Below, one piece after another: positions 34,785 through 50,800 of a stretch of 64,000 nt of DNA (within the stretch, counting starts at the first letter, position 1; every line of letters starts with the position of its first letter). Position numbers and translations under genes: made by a program. The stretch spans positions 12,834,520 through 12,898,519 of the forward strand of contig CM082578.2 of the NCBI GenBank assembly GCA_040954595.2. The letters are read 5' to 3'. The DNA comes from Balanoglossus misakiensis (Eukaryota; Animalia; Hemichordata). The notes below the pieces were generated by a model. It ran no database searches. It saw only the letters and a program-made list of their open reading frames with translations, and was not told the DNA's origin.

Positions 34785-37537
34785 ATGGCCGGACCCGAGA
34801 AGACGAAGCATGCAGCTGCCGACGGGCGAAGTTACGTGGCTGGGGCCGCAATTCTGCTGGCACTCTGTGCTTTGACCTGTAACATCTTGACGATCGTTTG
34901 GCTGCACGAGACGAAGATCAAGCCGCTCGTCCAGGATGTTATGCTCCTGCAAGAGAAATACAACCAGATGGTAAGTGGTTTGATCAAGCGTGGTATTTTT
35001 AATAGTTATCCAAACAGCACGTAATAGAAATGAAATCCCCAAGCCAGCATTGACCGCGTCCAAATTTAAAACGTTTAATTGTTCCAGGAAATGATTACCC
35101 CCTTCATTGAACATGGGAAAAGAAGGTGACCCCCCGTCACGCACTTCCAAAACAGGGTGACCTCCCCCCATGAATCCACCGCCCCGAGGTCGAAGAAACT
35201 GACCAGTCCCTAAGAATAGCCTGCTGAATGACAAACCCGAGTCTCTCTAATGTTTTTCTTTAGGAAGAGCGCGTGGTGGGTATACAGTATAAGGGGAATG
35301 GTAACCATGTTAGCTTATCCAAACGCGACGTCACTCACAACGCGGACGAAGTGGGTAGGTACACCTGTTTATGTCTTCGTGATCCTATAGTAATTGGTAT
35401 CCGGGAGTTAATTATACTTTGTATCCGGGAGCATTTTAACTTCCGGAAAGTGTATACGTACGTTGCAAGGCTGTGATATTAAATATCCGTTCAGTATTAA
35501 GCAGAACATCGGTGGCCCAACAAATGAAACTAAAATAACCAAAACAATGTCAAAGATTGACAACTTTGTCCCTTTATCTATAAATGTATATTCAATGCAA
35601 TTTTCATAAAATGCATTGCTTGGACACCATGATTATGCGTTTGTTGCTCTCAGTTGTGTTTTTGTATAATAGTAATATAAGCAATTTGTAAACTACCGAA
35701 TTGTGGAAGGCCAAACGTAGGTAATCCGAGAGCACGATGCTTGCTCTTCATTTGTATATAAACAATTTGCACCTGGTCTGACCTTTGCACTCACCATCGC
35801 TTCCATTAAAGATGGCCAACCGTGCAGCGCCACGGGACCACCTGGACCAGCCGGTGCCCCTGGTCCAGTGGGACCACGTGGAATGCCGGGAGTCATAGGA
35901 CCCGCCGGTGCCGGCCTGCAAGGTCCAGCAGGTCGAGACGGCAGAGATGGGGTGGCGGGAACTCCAGGTGCTGTTGGAGAGCCGGGGCCAATAGGGAACC
36001 CTGGCCAGAAAGGTGACAGTGGTGACCCAGGTATGCATGTAAAATTTCTTCGTTATTCAGCCACTGCATCCCTAGCTGCACATTTTTTGTTGGGATATTG
36101 AGATTATCAGTGATGGTGGTCAGTTGAGTCAAGATGTGCCAATAATAAGTGGTGCATGGATTGTATTGGCCTTGGGCGGGTGAAAGTCACGGGAAGCGAC
36201 ATCAGTGCTCATAGTGATACATGGATGTCGCCCCAAAGATCTGCTACCTAGTCTCATAGGGAAACACATGATAACCCAACGCGACCGACCATTTTTTCGT
36301 TGAAAGTTGTGGAATAAGTTAATTTCTATGCAGATTAGTTTCATGCAAGACGAAATCCAGTTTCAATATGGATGTTTAATGTTAAATCGGACGTAGTGAT
36401 GAAGAGAAAGCTTTGTGCCCTTAATTCAATAACATTGTGTACAAATATTGAACAATCATGATAGCACTACTTAACCCTTTTCCACGCCACAGGGCCAACG
36501 GTCTCCCCTCCTAACGTACCCGAGATCGTGGAAAACATTCGTACAGAAATCCGAAATGTCACGGGGACGGTGTACGTGCGATGGGGAAGAAAGATATGTC
36601 CCTCTACGGCGGAACTCGTTTACGATGGTGAGTCACTCCATTATTGAGGACTTAACTTTAAACTATAAATTAATTTGAGGTATTCCAGTCGTATTACAGA
36701 ACTCGAAGTAGAGAGAGCCTTGTGCCTAGCCATGCTCCAAAACTATACAACACCAAAATTTAAGAGGAAGTTCAGTCCAGTTGATTTTACATATGTGCTT
36801 GTAGCTTTAGGTTCAGATTCAGGAAAACCAATTTTCGACATGTATATTTAAACGCGTGAGTCGTACGAACATGACGCGTATACTCGTACGGAGCATGGAT
36901 TGTCAACAGTTGGTTCAGCGACTGTGCCTTGAGTCTATCTAATTGTAAAGTATTATAATCGTCGGTATTCATCATAAATGTAATAAACGCAATATCATTC
37001 ATGGTAAAATAATCCATAGGTATTCTTAACCACAATCGCCAACTTTACTTAATTATAGGTGTCATCGCCGGTAGCCACTACACCCACACCGGCAGTGGTG
37101 CAAACTATCAGTGTTTGCCCTTGAATCCCATCTACGACAACGTCAATGCTGGGCTGCAGAGTCCTAGTCTTATGTACGGCAGTGAATACGAAACCAACAT
37201 GTTTCCTCCCCTGTCGGCGTTCCATGATGGCGATGCAGTGTGCGCCGTATGTCGCGTGAAATCTCGCGGAACACTGCTGATGGTCCCGGCGCGTAACGAA
37301 TGCCCATCCCAGGATTGGACAAGGGAATACTTCGGTTATCTCATGTCCGCGCACCACACACACAAACGGTCAGAATACGTATGCGTTGATCGTAACCCGG
37401 AGGCAAGGCCAAACAGCGGTGGAAATCTCAACGGAGCTCTGCTGTACCCTGTCGAAGGAAGATGCGAAGGTGGAAGTTTACCCTGTGGTCCCTACACTGA
37501 TGGATATGAATTGACATGTGCAGTGTGTACCATTTAA
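34785..37537 (+). CDS. Short-chain collagen C4-like protein, 369 aa (N-terminal hydrophobic anchor, 22 Gly-X-Y triplets, Cys-rich C-terminal domain)
   Basis: Exons 34785-34970, 35264-35354, 35812-36030, 36493-36627, 37059-37537, frame-consistent. Motifs [21 protein letters not shown]...[61 protein letters not shown]. Confidence 0.9.
35085..35213 (-). mobile_element. Probable MITE end in collagen intron 1 (terminus TTAGGGACTGGTCAG on the minus strand)
   Basis: Internal (a/g)ggtgacc(c/t)cccc repeats, ending gaaactgaccagtccctaa. A similar terminus ttagggactgttca occurs at 41788. The partner TIR was not found. Confidence 0.4.
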
Positions 37538-38905
37538 AAGTTGCGAGCAAAGCAGTGTAATAATCCATATAAGATTATAACCGGTAAATAGATAATACTA
37601 AAAAGTAATTCCATATAATGAAATAGGTCGTGAAATATTCCTTATAGAAAGCGTGCTCTGTTACTGTACTTTATTAGTTACGTCACCATGGATTTCACAA
37701 GTAAAATGTAACAGCAGTTTACTAAAGACCGAGATGGTGCCTCACTTTCATGAGGGTGATAAATGTTCTAAATTTGCGAAAATGGCGTAAAATACTTACT
37801 ATTACGCTCATTTCTGTCACTGTCAAAGCCACTTTTCCCCGATGCATAGATGCGGTCCCAACTCACGATGGTGACCATAACAACGACAAATTGTGTATTG
37901 CGCCCTCAACCATCATATATCAGCAGATAGAGGGAATCCGGACCAGTCCGCGGGACCAGTGTAGTGACATTTCACAGCATGTATGTCCATGGATGTCTAT
38001 GTTCTATGATGATACATGTATATCGTTTAAGTATAGTTTAAAACCTATCTTCTTAATCAACCCTACTTTTGACATATTCTCCTTACACGATTGTGTGGGT
38101 AAAAATACTGTCTATACTAGGCCTATAGCAGCGTCTCCCGCCCCTCTCTAACACGTTGTAACAAATCAGACACGCTCACTGGTGGCACACAGTCCATGGA
38201 GGGACTGTGGGTGGCGCTATTGCAAATAACACTTCAACAAAAATATTTGCAGCCAAGAGTGTTGCACTCGAGTCATATATTGAATATTTCTGTAAAAGCT
38301 ACGTCGCCCTCCAGCGCTGACAAAGTGCGGCGGACATATAATCGAGGCATAAATTATGCAATGATGTTATTACCCGAGTAAACCGCACATTTGGGAAAAA
38401 ATTATTTCGTTATGTCACATCTAGATAGCATCATTCTGCATCATTAAATCTTACCTATGTATTATGAAATCTGTTAGTATGTCGTCTTTGTGCTAACCCA
38501 CTCCAAAATTGAACCCCCACACCGACTCCAGTATCTAGCCGTGTACGTACGAGGCTAGGCCAACAGTTTTACACCATGATTTTTATTGGTACAGATTCTT
38601 GTCCGAGTCAAAATGTAACTAGCATAGAGCAAACATTTCGTTGCAGTTTTTGAATGTCAAAAATTTTAAAGATTCCATGCTGTCTTCAATTCTTTTACAG
38701 CCCTGTTTTGCATTTTTATTTATTTGACTGTCCACGGCGAATAATTGAATGAGCCGTTGAAAAGGGTCGATCAAAGCGTACAAAGCACAGCCAGTTTGCG
38801 TCTAGTAGTCTGGGGCCCTCTGTGCCTCAGTAGCAGAAAGGAATTAGCCTCCACTAAGAAAACAAATTACGCCTTCAAATCCTAGTCCTGTAGAGGGCGT
38901 CTCCG

Positions 38906-38913
38906 TGACGTCA
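38906..38913. promoter_or_regulatory. Full palindromic CRE (TGACGTCA) about 180 bp upstream of the CaMKI ATG
   Basis: ccgTGACGTCAccg within a CpG-rich proximal region. Confidence 0.6.
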
Positions 38914-39094
38914 CCGCACTGTTGTCTATGGTCAGTCTGAGTCACTTCAAGCTAGCGATTAGAGCGTAGAGCCGTTTCAGTGGGGAATTATATTTGTATA
39001 CAGGTTGTAGACGCTTCCTCCTCGGACCAATTTTTCATCGTTTCACTTGAATTGCCTTTGGAATTTTGTCTCCACATTAATAGCGAACTCGACC

Positions 39095-42786
<3,692 letters not shown>

Positions 42787-45700
42787 GTGAGTACCCATAT
42801 CACCTGTCATAATCATTGACGTTTCTGTGCTTTTAACAAGCTAGGTCAAAAAAGGAATCTCTCATGCATGAATTTATTAGATCTCTACTTTGTCTTTATT
42901 GTATATTTCCAAAAATACACCACAGATAGTGATATTCAAGAAAGTTGGTACTTCCGACCGAAAAAAAAAGTTCAGTTTGATTTTTCATTCAGGACAACTT
43001 GATTTTTTTTTTACAAAAATGTTTACTTTCCGAATCAAGCTGTAATCGTATCCCCCTCAAAGCACACATACACTCACTTCCCACACATGTACACAATGCC
43101 AGCAAAAGCGGATCAGGTAAGTTATTTTGGCAGGACTGGTGCGAATGTGACACAGGATTCAATGTCAGGTAATACAGCATTGGTTGGTCATGACATTAAG
43201 TGAAGAAATTGCCTGAAGAACTCAGTGGAGCAAATTACGAGGGTGTGTGTGTGTGGTCTGTGGATAGGGACTGTCTAATAGAGATCAATTTTTGGCACCT
43301 GATTAGCGTATTGATTTATACACGGTTGTGACATGTACATTTTCTAGTGTTTACCTTTTTTCTTCACACAATAAATTCTCTCGTATAGCTCAAGCAAATT
43401 TACTCATCCAAAGAAAAACCACCATCTGTTAAGTACATGTGGTGAATACAGATTTATAGACATTATTTGCGGTTATATAACGCAAAAGCGATGATAATTT
43501 TGTTATAAAAAGTAACTTCAAATATGCCATGTTTCAACATGTAGTTTTTTCCCGCTTGACACTTGATGAAAAATGCCAAAAAGAGCACAAGTGACTCTTG
43601 CAGATTGCATCTCACGTTTGACTTTTTCTCTGAGATTTTTTGCACTTCTATCATGGATGTGGATGGCATGATGAAAGATTTAAATGCCCTACATGCGGAA
43701 AAGTACAGTTAGATTCATGTCGGTGAGGAGAGTTAAATCATGGTCTGTTTGCTGTTAGTCAACACAAAGATGGACACTTGGGAAAGAGGGAAGAATTGGA
43801 GATAATGGAAACAGGGCAGACAGACTGAATCACTGAATGGATGCATGAATGACACATTGACGGAGATATCACAGATTTAGATTTAAAAATGTCAATGACA
43901 TTTTTAAATCTAAGTCTTCCATCGTTATCTCAAGTCTGGTGACAAATTAACTGGCTCTGATACTACAAACAACTGCTACCTATTTTTTGACATTGATGCT
44001 GTGTAGGATTGAATCAATTGCTGATTGTGGCCACCTTGTTTGGTACAATCTGAGGGTTTTTATTATTAACAAATCTGACATCTTCCATCGTTCATGATCC
44101 CTCCACAGACTGTTGCTATATGTAATCACCTGCTCACGGTTGTTGGGGCAGAGTGGCAATCTGAACATGCCACATGTTCACATATCAGGCAATGTTTGGA
44201 ATGAGTTACCTATTGAAGCAAAAACAGTACCAGACTTCCAGGTGTGGTTTGTGTAAAAGTTCAATTGGGGTTGCTACACAGATTCCCCCTTCCGCCTATC
44301 TCAGAAAAGTTCACGTGTTTGAGTAACTATTAACATTATCCCCCTGAAAAGGCTAAAGTTTATGATAAAGCGATTGAATAGCATATACATGTAGCAAGGT
44401 GTTTTACCCTGTGTTACATGGTTAGGCCATCCTAAAATTAGCCTGTGTTCAACTGGCATCAGGCAGCAACGGATAGGTTAGGGCTCAGTGTTGTGTCATA
44501 ATCTTCACTGCCAACACCATGGTTTTACAACCATGGATTATTTTCTTGGGGCTAGGGACACCGCAGAAATCTGCTGAGATCTTGATCTGCACGCCTAGAG
44601 AGATTTGTAAATCCATCACCAGAGGTTGGTTTCAGTTGAAAAAGAGAAGAGCGTGTCCCAGTTCTTGTGTCAAGAATTTGCAAAAGGTGTTTTGCAGCAG
44701 TGCACACTGGGTGATGTTGACCTTTCTTAGAAATGTGTGGAGAGAACTAGCGACTTGTGCTACTGATGCAGCAGTATTATTGCTGTGAATAGGTACATGT
44801 ATGGAGATATACAATACCCGCAGTTGTACACAATACATTATAATCCTCCTTAATTAGACCTGGATCTCCAGGCTGAGAATTTACACACATGTAGAGGTTT
44901 AGCAAGCGCAAGCTTCTGATTGAAAGAAGTGAAACAAGAAAAGGTTTTTTATGGTCGCATTTTGGTGTTGTGTTGTCACAGGGAGCTGTGGACAGTTCTT
45001 TATAACTGTAAAGTGATTGAATGGTATTTTCACAGTGACCTGCCACATGCCTTCAACAAATATACCAATCCATAAACAATGTTAAATCAACAAGCAGATG
45101 ATAGCAGCACTTAGGTATGCAGGGCCATGTCTTCATTCGCCCATTTCACACTCTGCAGGTTCCATAATCCCATTACATCCCAATCACTGTGTAAATGAAG
45201 TTATAATTTGATGAAGACTGTTTATGCACCAATCTGCAGTACAAAAGAGGAATGGAATATTTTCCTATCAATGTCCGCTTGAATTATCCCATTTCCAGTC
45301 CTCGTGATGATGTTGATGTGGCAACGATATGAGAAGTATGATCTTCGGAGATTGTGATGAAGGAGTGGGGGTGGCATCGTTCTTTTTGAACAGCAATGTC
45401 AACACGTAATCATAGGCCACAATTATGTATGAATCCGGCAGATACTGTGTATGGCTCCTTTTTGTCCTGTATCTGCATTTTCTTCACAGAGGAAGGTTTG
45501 ATTGACCATGGGTTAGCCTTCTTCCTATTTTCTGACCTCTGTAATTGTGAGGTATACGTAGAAGTTAGAGGGAGAAAAAAACGATGCAAGGTCTTGTTAA
45601 AAATGATGAGTTGCTCTAGGGTATGTATTAATGATAAGGTTAGGTATTCCCAAAGGAAGTATTAGTGGGTGTTTTGGCAAGGGCCTGTTGGACGAGATGC

Positions 45701-47801
45701 TAGAACAGTGCTTGATTTGGAAAATGTGTTCTGTTCTTTGCTTTGTGTACATGACGATTGTATTAGTGTTTAATAGCTATCAAACTATTTGCCATGACCC
45801 AGCGATGAAACAGTAGCCACCCAGCTTTAATTAATTTATTAATTAATTAGGTGAGGTTCTATTACAGCTTGCCTGTGTATGCATTGCAGAGTACTGGTAG
45901 ATGCAGCCCTCCAGCAGGGACCAATTAAGATATTTAGTTAACAGCAGATTAATTATTGACTGTTAATTGCTAAAGGGTAGAGATAAAGGGATTACTGTAA
46001 TTAGTAAAAAAGCAATCTTGACAAGATAACATCTACTTCTGATATGGAATGTGTTTGTTGATGCAGCACCACAGTGGTATTTTTTGCAGGTGGTTTCATT
46101 TTCTTTGGCCAGCTCAAAGTTTCTGGAGCTGCAGCTGAAACAGTGCAAAGGGACCACAGGGCCTAAGAGTGTGAAATATGTGTGTTTACTTTTGGCTTTA
46201 GGAACTGCTAATTTATTTGTGTGTGACAAGAGGTTATGCAAGTAGAGAGAGAGGGAGAGGTCCTTCAGTTTCTGTGCCTTGTTTATTGCTGGAGATGAAG
46301 AGCAGCCCCATTGGCTGAACTAACAAGGGTAATTCCATTCTGATATCTGGGGTGATATAGGTTATCACTCGGAGGGGAGGCAGCGATGCAGCCAGTCAGT
46401 TTTTGCTGTGTCAGTTTTATCCCTCTTCAGTGATTATAATTGTGCACTTTTTGTTGTTTGGCACTTGAAATGGAGGGTGGGGTTCCTTTGAACGACAGAG
46501 AATGAGAAAAGAATTAAAAAGAAAGAAAGTTAAGAAGCAACTGTGTCTCCAGTTATGATCGGTGGCCATCTCAAGGGTAGTTGTCAAAACGGGATCATCT
46601 TCCCTACCTGAAATTGGAGTACATGTAGCTTTGAATAATCTAAACATCAAAAATATTTCAAATTCAAACAGTGACTAATTTTGCAGATCGCACAAAATTT
46701 TATCGAAAACAATAACATCAGGATTTCACATGAATATATGAGTTGACAGTGTATGTTGTAGTCTATAATGTGTTCCTAACACAGGCACGTTTCCCTGTGA
46801 TAACTGAAAATAAGACCAGCATCGTTTAGTCTCTTGTCTGCTCTTCTATTGCTTATTCAAGGACCTCCTATTCTGTATTGAGTAATTTCCACATACCTGG
46901 GTGTCCATGATTTGTTTTGTTACCTAAGCACATGTGTGTGATTATGTGTGGCCGTCTGTTTACTCTTAGCCTTTCAGGTAGGCCTGGACTTTGTATCACT
47001 TCCCTATTTAGACGGCCTTTCAGTGTGGAAGAAGTAGTCAGTTGCATGCAAGCTGAGATTGGCCACACAAAAATGTGCATGTATTTTGTCAATGCATGTA
47101 TATCTACATCAGTTAGTCAGTCGCTATTAGACTGAATGGTTGACCCGACTAGTATGATAGAAAGTATGCGTTGAAGAATAAGCCCTTGAATGTGAATTGC
47201 AGTACGAGAGTCTTGGACAGTGTTCTGCCACAAATGATAAGCAATAGGAGTAGAAAGGTGCACAAGTGGTTGGGAATGAGGTTGGGAGACTTATGTTTGT
47301 GAGTGCGCGTTATGCATTGCAATCCTGCGTCAGTCATCCAGCATGTGCAGACGTCAGCAGAAAAGAAAAGAGATTATCTTCAAGGGCAAATTCATTGGCT
47401 GTGGGTGAAGAAACTGTCTTGGGAGAACAACATGCATGCATAAAACATGTTCAGTTTTTAATGTGTGAGAAATGGATTGATGTGAAACGTGTGTGGATAA
47501 TTTCAAATGCTTCTGCATGGGGAAAGGTGTTCTCAGACGAGATTTCACATCCTAGACCGTTTGCCCAGTCTTCATATTAATATCCTGATGCAGGTTGGTC
47601 ACTTTAAAGCATGAAGGATGAGCCCAGTTACCGTAGTATGAAGCCAATTGTCTGCGGACTGAGCATTGTCAGTCTATTGTTCTGTTGTTGTTGTTCTCAT
47701 CACTTTGTATCGTGATTATTATCATTCAGTGGGATGGGCATGCAGTCTTTCTTTTACAAGTCTAGTGGCCAAGACATCTCGCCAAGGACATCCAACTGCT
47801 C

Positions 47802-47817
47802 GGTTGCTATGGCAACC
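47802..47817. promoter_or_regulatory. RFX X-box GGTTGCTATGGCAACC (CaMKI intron 4)
   Basis: Same 14-mer as 39987-40000, in different flanking sequence. Confidence 0.55.
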
Positions 47818-50800
47818 AAGTAAATTTTCCAACATGGCAGAATTTGCAGAAATTTTCGTCCCATGCAGTTTCTACATGTACGTGTGTATCATTCCACTCA
47901 TGCCAACCTCATTGTGTTAGGTCTGTCCTTGGCAACTTTGGACGCATTATATATTGTCATCAGCCGTTTGTTATCGTCATGCTCGGAGGGGGGCTGGTTT
48001 CCCTATTACGCACAGAATCCAGGTTTGCAGACTTTTCCATGGAGACCGTCTTCCCTGGAATGTTTGAAACCCCAGGCTCTACGTCTGTTGTGTGCGTGAG
48101 TGCGACAACAAGTCGGATCTTGTTCCAGTCGATCCTTGAACTGGCCAGTGTTCAGCTCGTCAACAGAAAGCGTTGTTGTTTATGTTATTGTTTGTTGACA
48201 GTTGACCTCAGGAGCTGAGTTCATTTCCACGGCCAGATTAGGCCAACAACATTGATTACCCCTGTGTTGTATGCCAAACAGATGCTGAAAAATTCACATG
48301 ATGACAGTACAGATACATTGTACATGTCGAATAACAAAGACTACACAGGAATATTCCTGTTTTCTACGAGTTCTAAATTGAGGTCACATTCTGGATTTCA
48401 CCAGTTTCGCTAAAAATAATATTAGCCAGCCAAATACAAAGCATTTCAGCACTTCAGTGGTAAAGACACAGAATAATACTGAAAAGATCGTCTTCACACA
48501 TCAGCTACTGATTCTTTACCATTCTTTACCATTCTTAAGTTGCCCAGAAGCAAATGTTTGTTGACATATTGGCAGTCTCTGGGTAGTTAAAATGACTCTT
48601 GGATTCCCCCTACCGGTATTTTGAACCTGTTTATGTGATTGTGAGCAGCATTATTATAAGAAGCACACATTCGGGTCACTTCAGTCAGTCATTGAATTTG
48701 AAATTGTGGAGAATTGTTTGAATTTGATGTCAAACGCACCTTTCATGCCCTTATGCCCAGCACTCATTTGTCTGTCAGTCTCTGACCAAGACTACATCCA
48801 TGTACACCTGTACGTGTCAGTGATGTCATTATAACTCTGACTTGAGTGCCTCTGATGTGGTGATCTCTGAGGCATAAAACCCAAGTGGTCCAGAGAGGGG
48901 GATTATCTGTAGGACTACTTCACATCTATCGATATATTAACAGTTGTTTGGAAAACATGCACATTGCTGTCGATGTTTACCAGGGCCTTTTTATGCCTAG
49001 AGAAATGAGTGGCATTAGCTTTACAGAATTGATGTGCGTTCAAAGAGGTCATCTCATTTGGATTTGTAGTTTGGGATTTTTTCTCTGTTCTTTGTTCAGG
49101 GTGAGTTATTTACAAACGATGGTCAGGTTACATCACCTGTGTTCTGTGGAGTGTGCGGCAAACACAGACTGTCACCAGTGATTAGTGGTTCTTCCTACTA
49201 TTAATCAACATAATGGCTCCATTAGCACTGTGTAGTGCTTGGCTTGTCCTCCGCAAGACAAGGCTTTCCTGGTATTCATGTGGTTGTCTCGGGCATGGCC
49301 CTGTCGGTTTTCAAGTATCATAAATAATAGAGTGTGTTGTGTAATTCTTTGCTGCAAAACGTTCCACAGGGAAAAGGGGCGACAAATATGGAGACCACTT
49401 TTAATTATTTATTCAATCACCGTGCCACGACATCGCTCTTCAAATATTGTTTAAGACAACCAGCTGAGCATAATTACTGACAAGACACAAGGAATCCAGA
49501 GAAACTTGTCTTTTTTCCCGATGTCAATCTTGTGCCAGTATGGTAGCTGCGTAGGGAAGCTGACACACACACGTTCTCCTGTTTATTCAACTTTCAAGTG
49601 TAGAAGATTTCCTTACATTGTCCAATCATGACGCCATTTAGTAGACTAGTGAATTCAAATCCACCATACAGTTATCTCAATTTTATATGAAAGAAACTTA
49701 AAAAAATCGTTTTTGTATCTATTGTTATCAGCCATATTGGTGGTATAGCAAGTATTCTCTGATGATGCCCTTGCTTGTCAATGTACTGGAGAGTTGATAA
49801 TGAGGCTTATAAAAAAATAATGTAGTCTGCTGTTTATACCTTCCATTGAACAAGGTCGGTCGAAGTGCAGTACTGGTGATGTGGGAAATTACCTGTGTAT
49901 AATGTGTGCAAATTGAGCTAATTCTTTCAGAAACAAGCGCAGTGGAAAAAATATCTCTACATTAATAACCTCATTTCCCCTTTTTCTTATCACCAATCAT
50001 CGTATTCATTTGATGGTGAAAAATATCTGGTTTATCACGGTTGACCTCTCAGTTGACCAAGATCTGCATATCCTGCACCTTATTAGGAGTGACACCCCCT
50101 CATGGGTATACAAAAGAAAAAAATAAAGTCTTAATAAAATTTCAGGGATTGGCAAAAGTGTATGCCAACAATTGTATTGCAGATCACATTTGTTTTTCAC
50201 AGACTTGTATGATTTCATTTTTATGCCGTACAAAATTCATCATCCTGATTTAGCAGGGGGTGGGGGACGGTCGGTGTCTGAGGCCTTCCAGTTTCTTCCA
50301 AAGCTCATTTACCGGTAATATTTTTGTAGGTCACTGTTGCCTCTTGCTTAACAGGATCAAACCGGTATAACGTTACTAAAGCCTGCTGTTACTGAATCTA
50401 TGGGAAAGCTGATTCTTGTCGATTTTGAAATAAATATTCAGCCCATCAGGCAGAAACTTTAAAGTCTCAGTAATCCTATCTAAATGGAAATATAACCTGG
50501 CTTGATTCCTTCATCTGCTTGATGTACTGCGTTTCCGTGGAGCTGCATTTTAATAAACAATGTATGAACAGCTTGGTTTGCTGTGTCTGTACATGTACCG
50601 GTACATGTATGTGTACATGTGTGGGTTTTTAACCCCCAGGGCCCAGAGGGGACGTGATTTTCAGCAATCTGAATCTGTTTACAGTGTTGGTAGAATAAGA
50701 ACGGCTGAATAATTGTCAGCCATTTCAACTCATAATGATAACAGATAATTAGCTTTGTTTATTCCTGTGATCCCCAAGAGAATTTCATCTCTATGAGGGC

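Noticed and set aside
34692-35234. 180-aa minus-strand ORF
   Set aside because: It is antisense to collagen exon 1 plus an intronic repeat.
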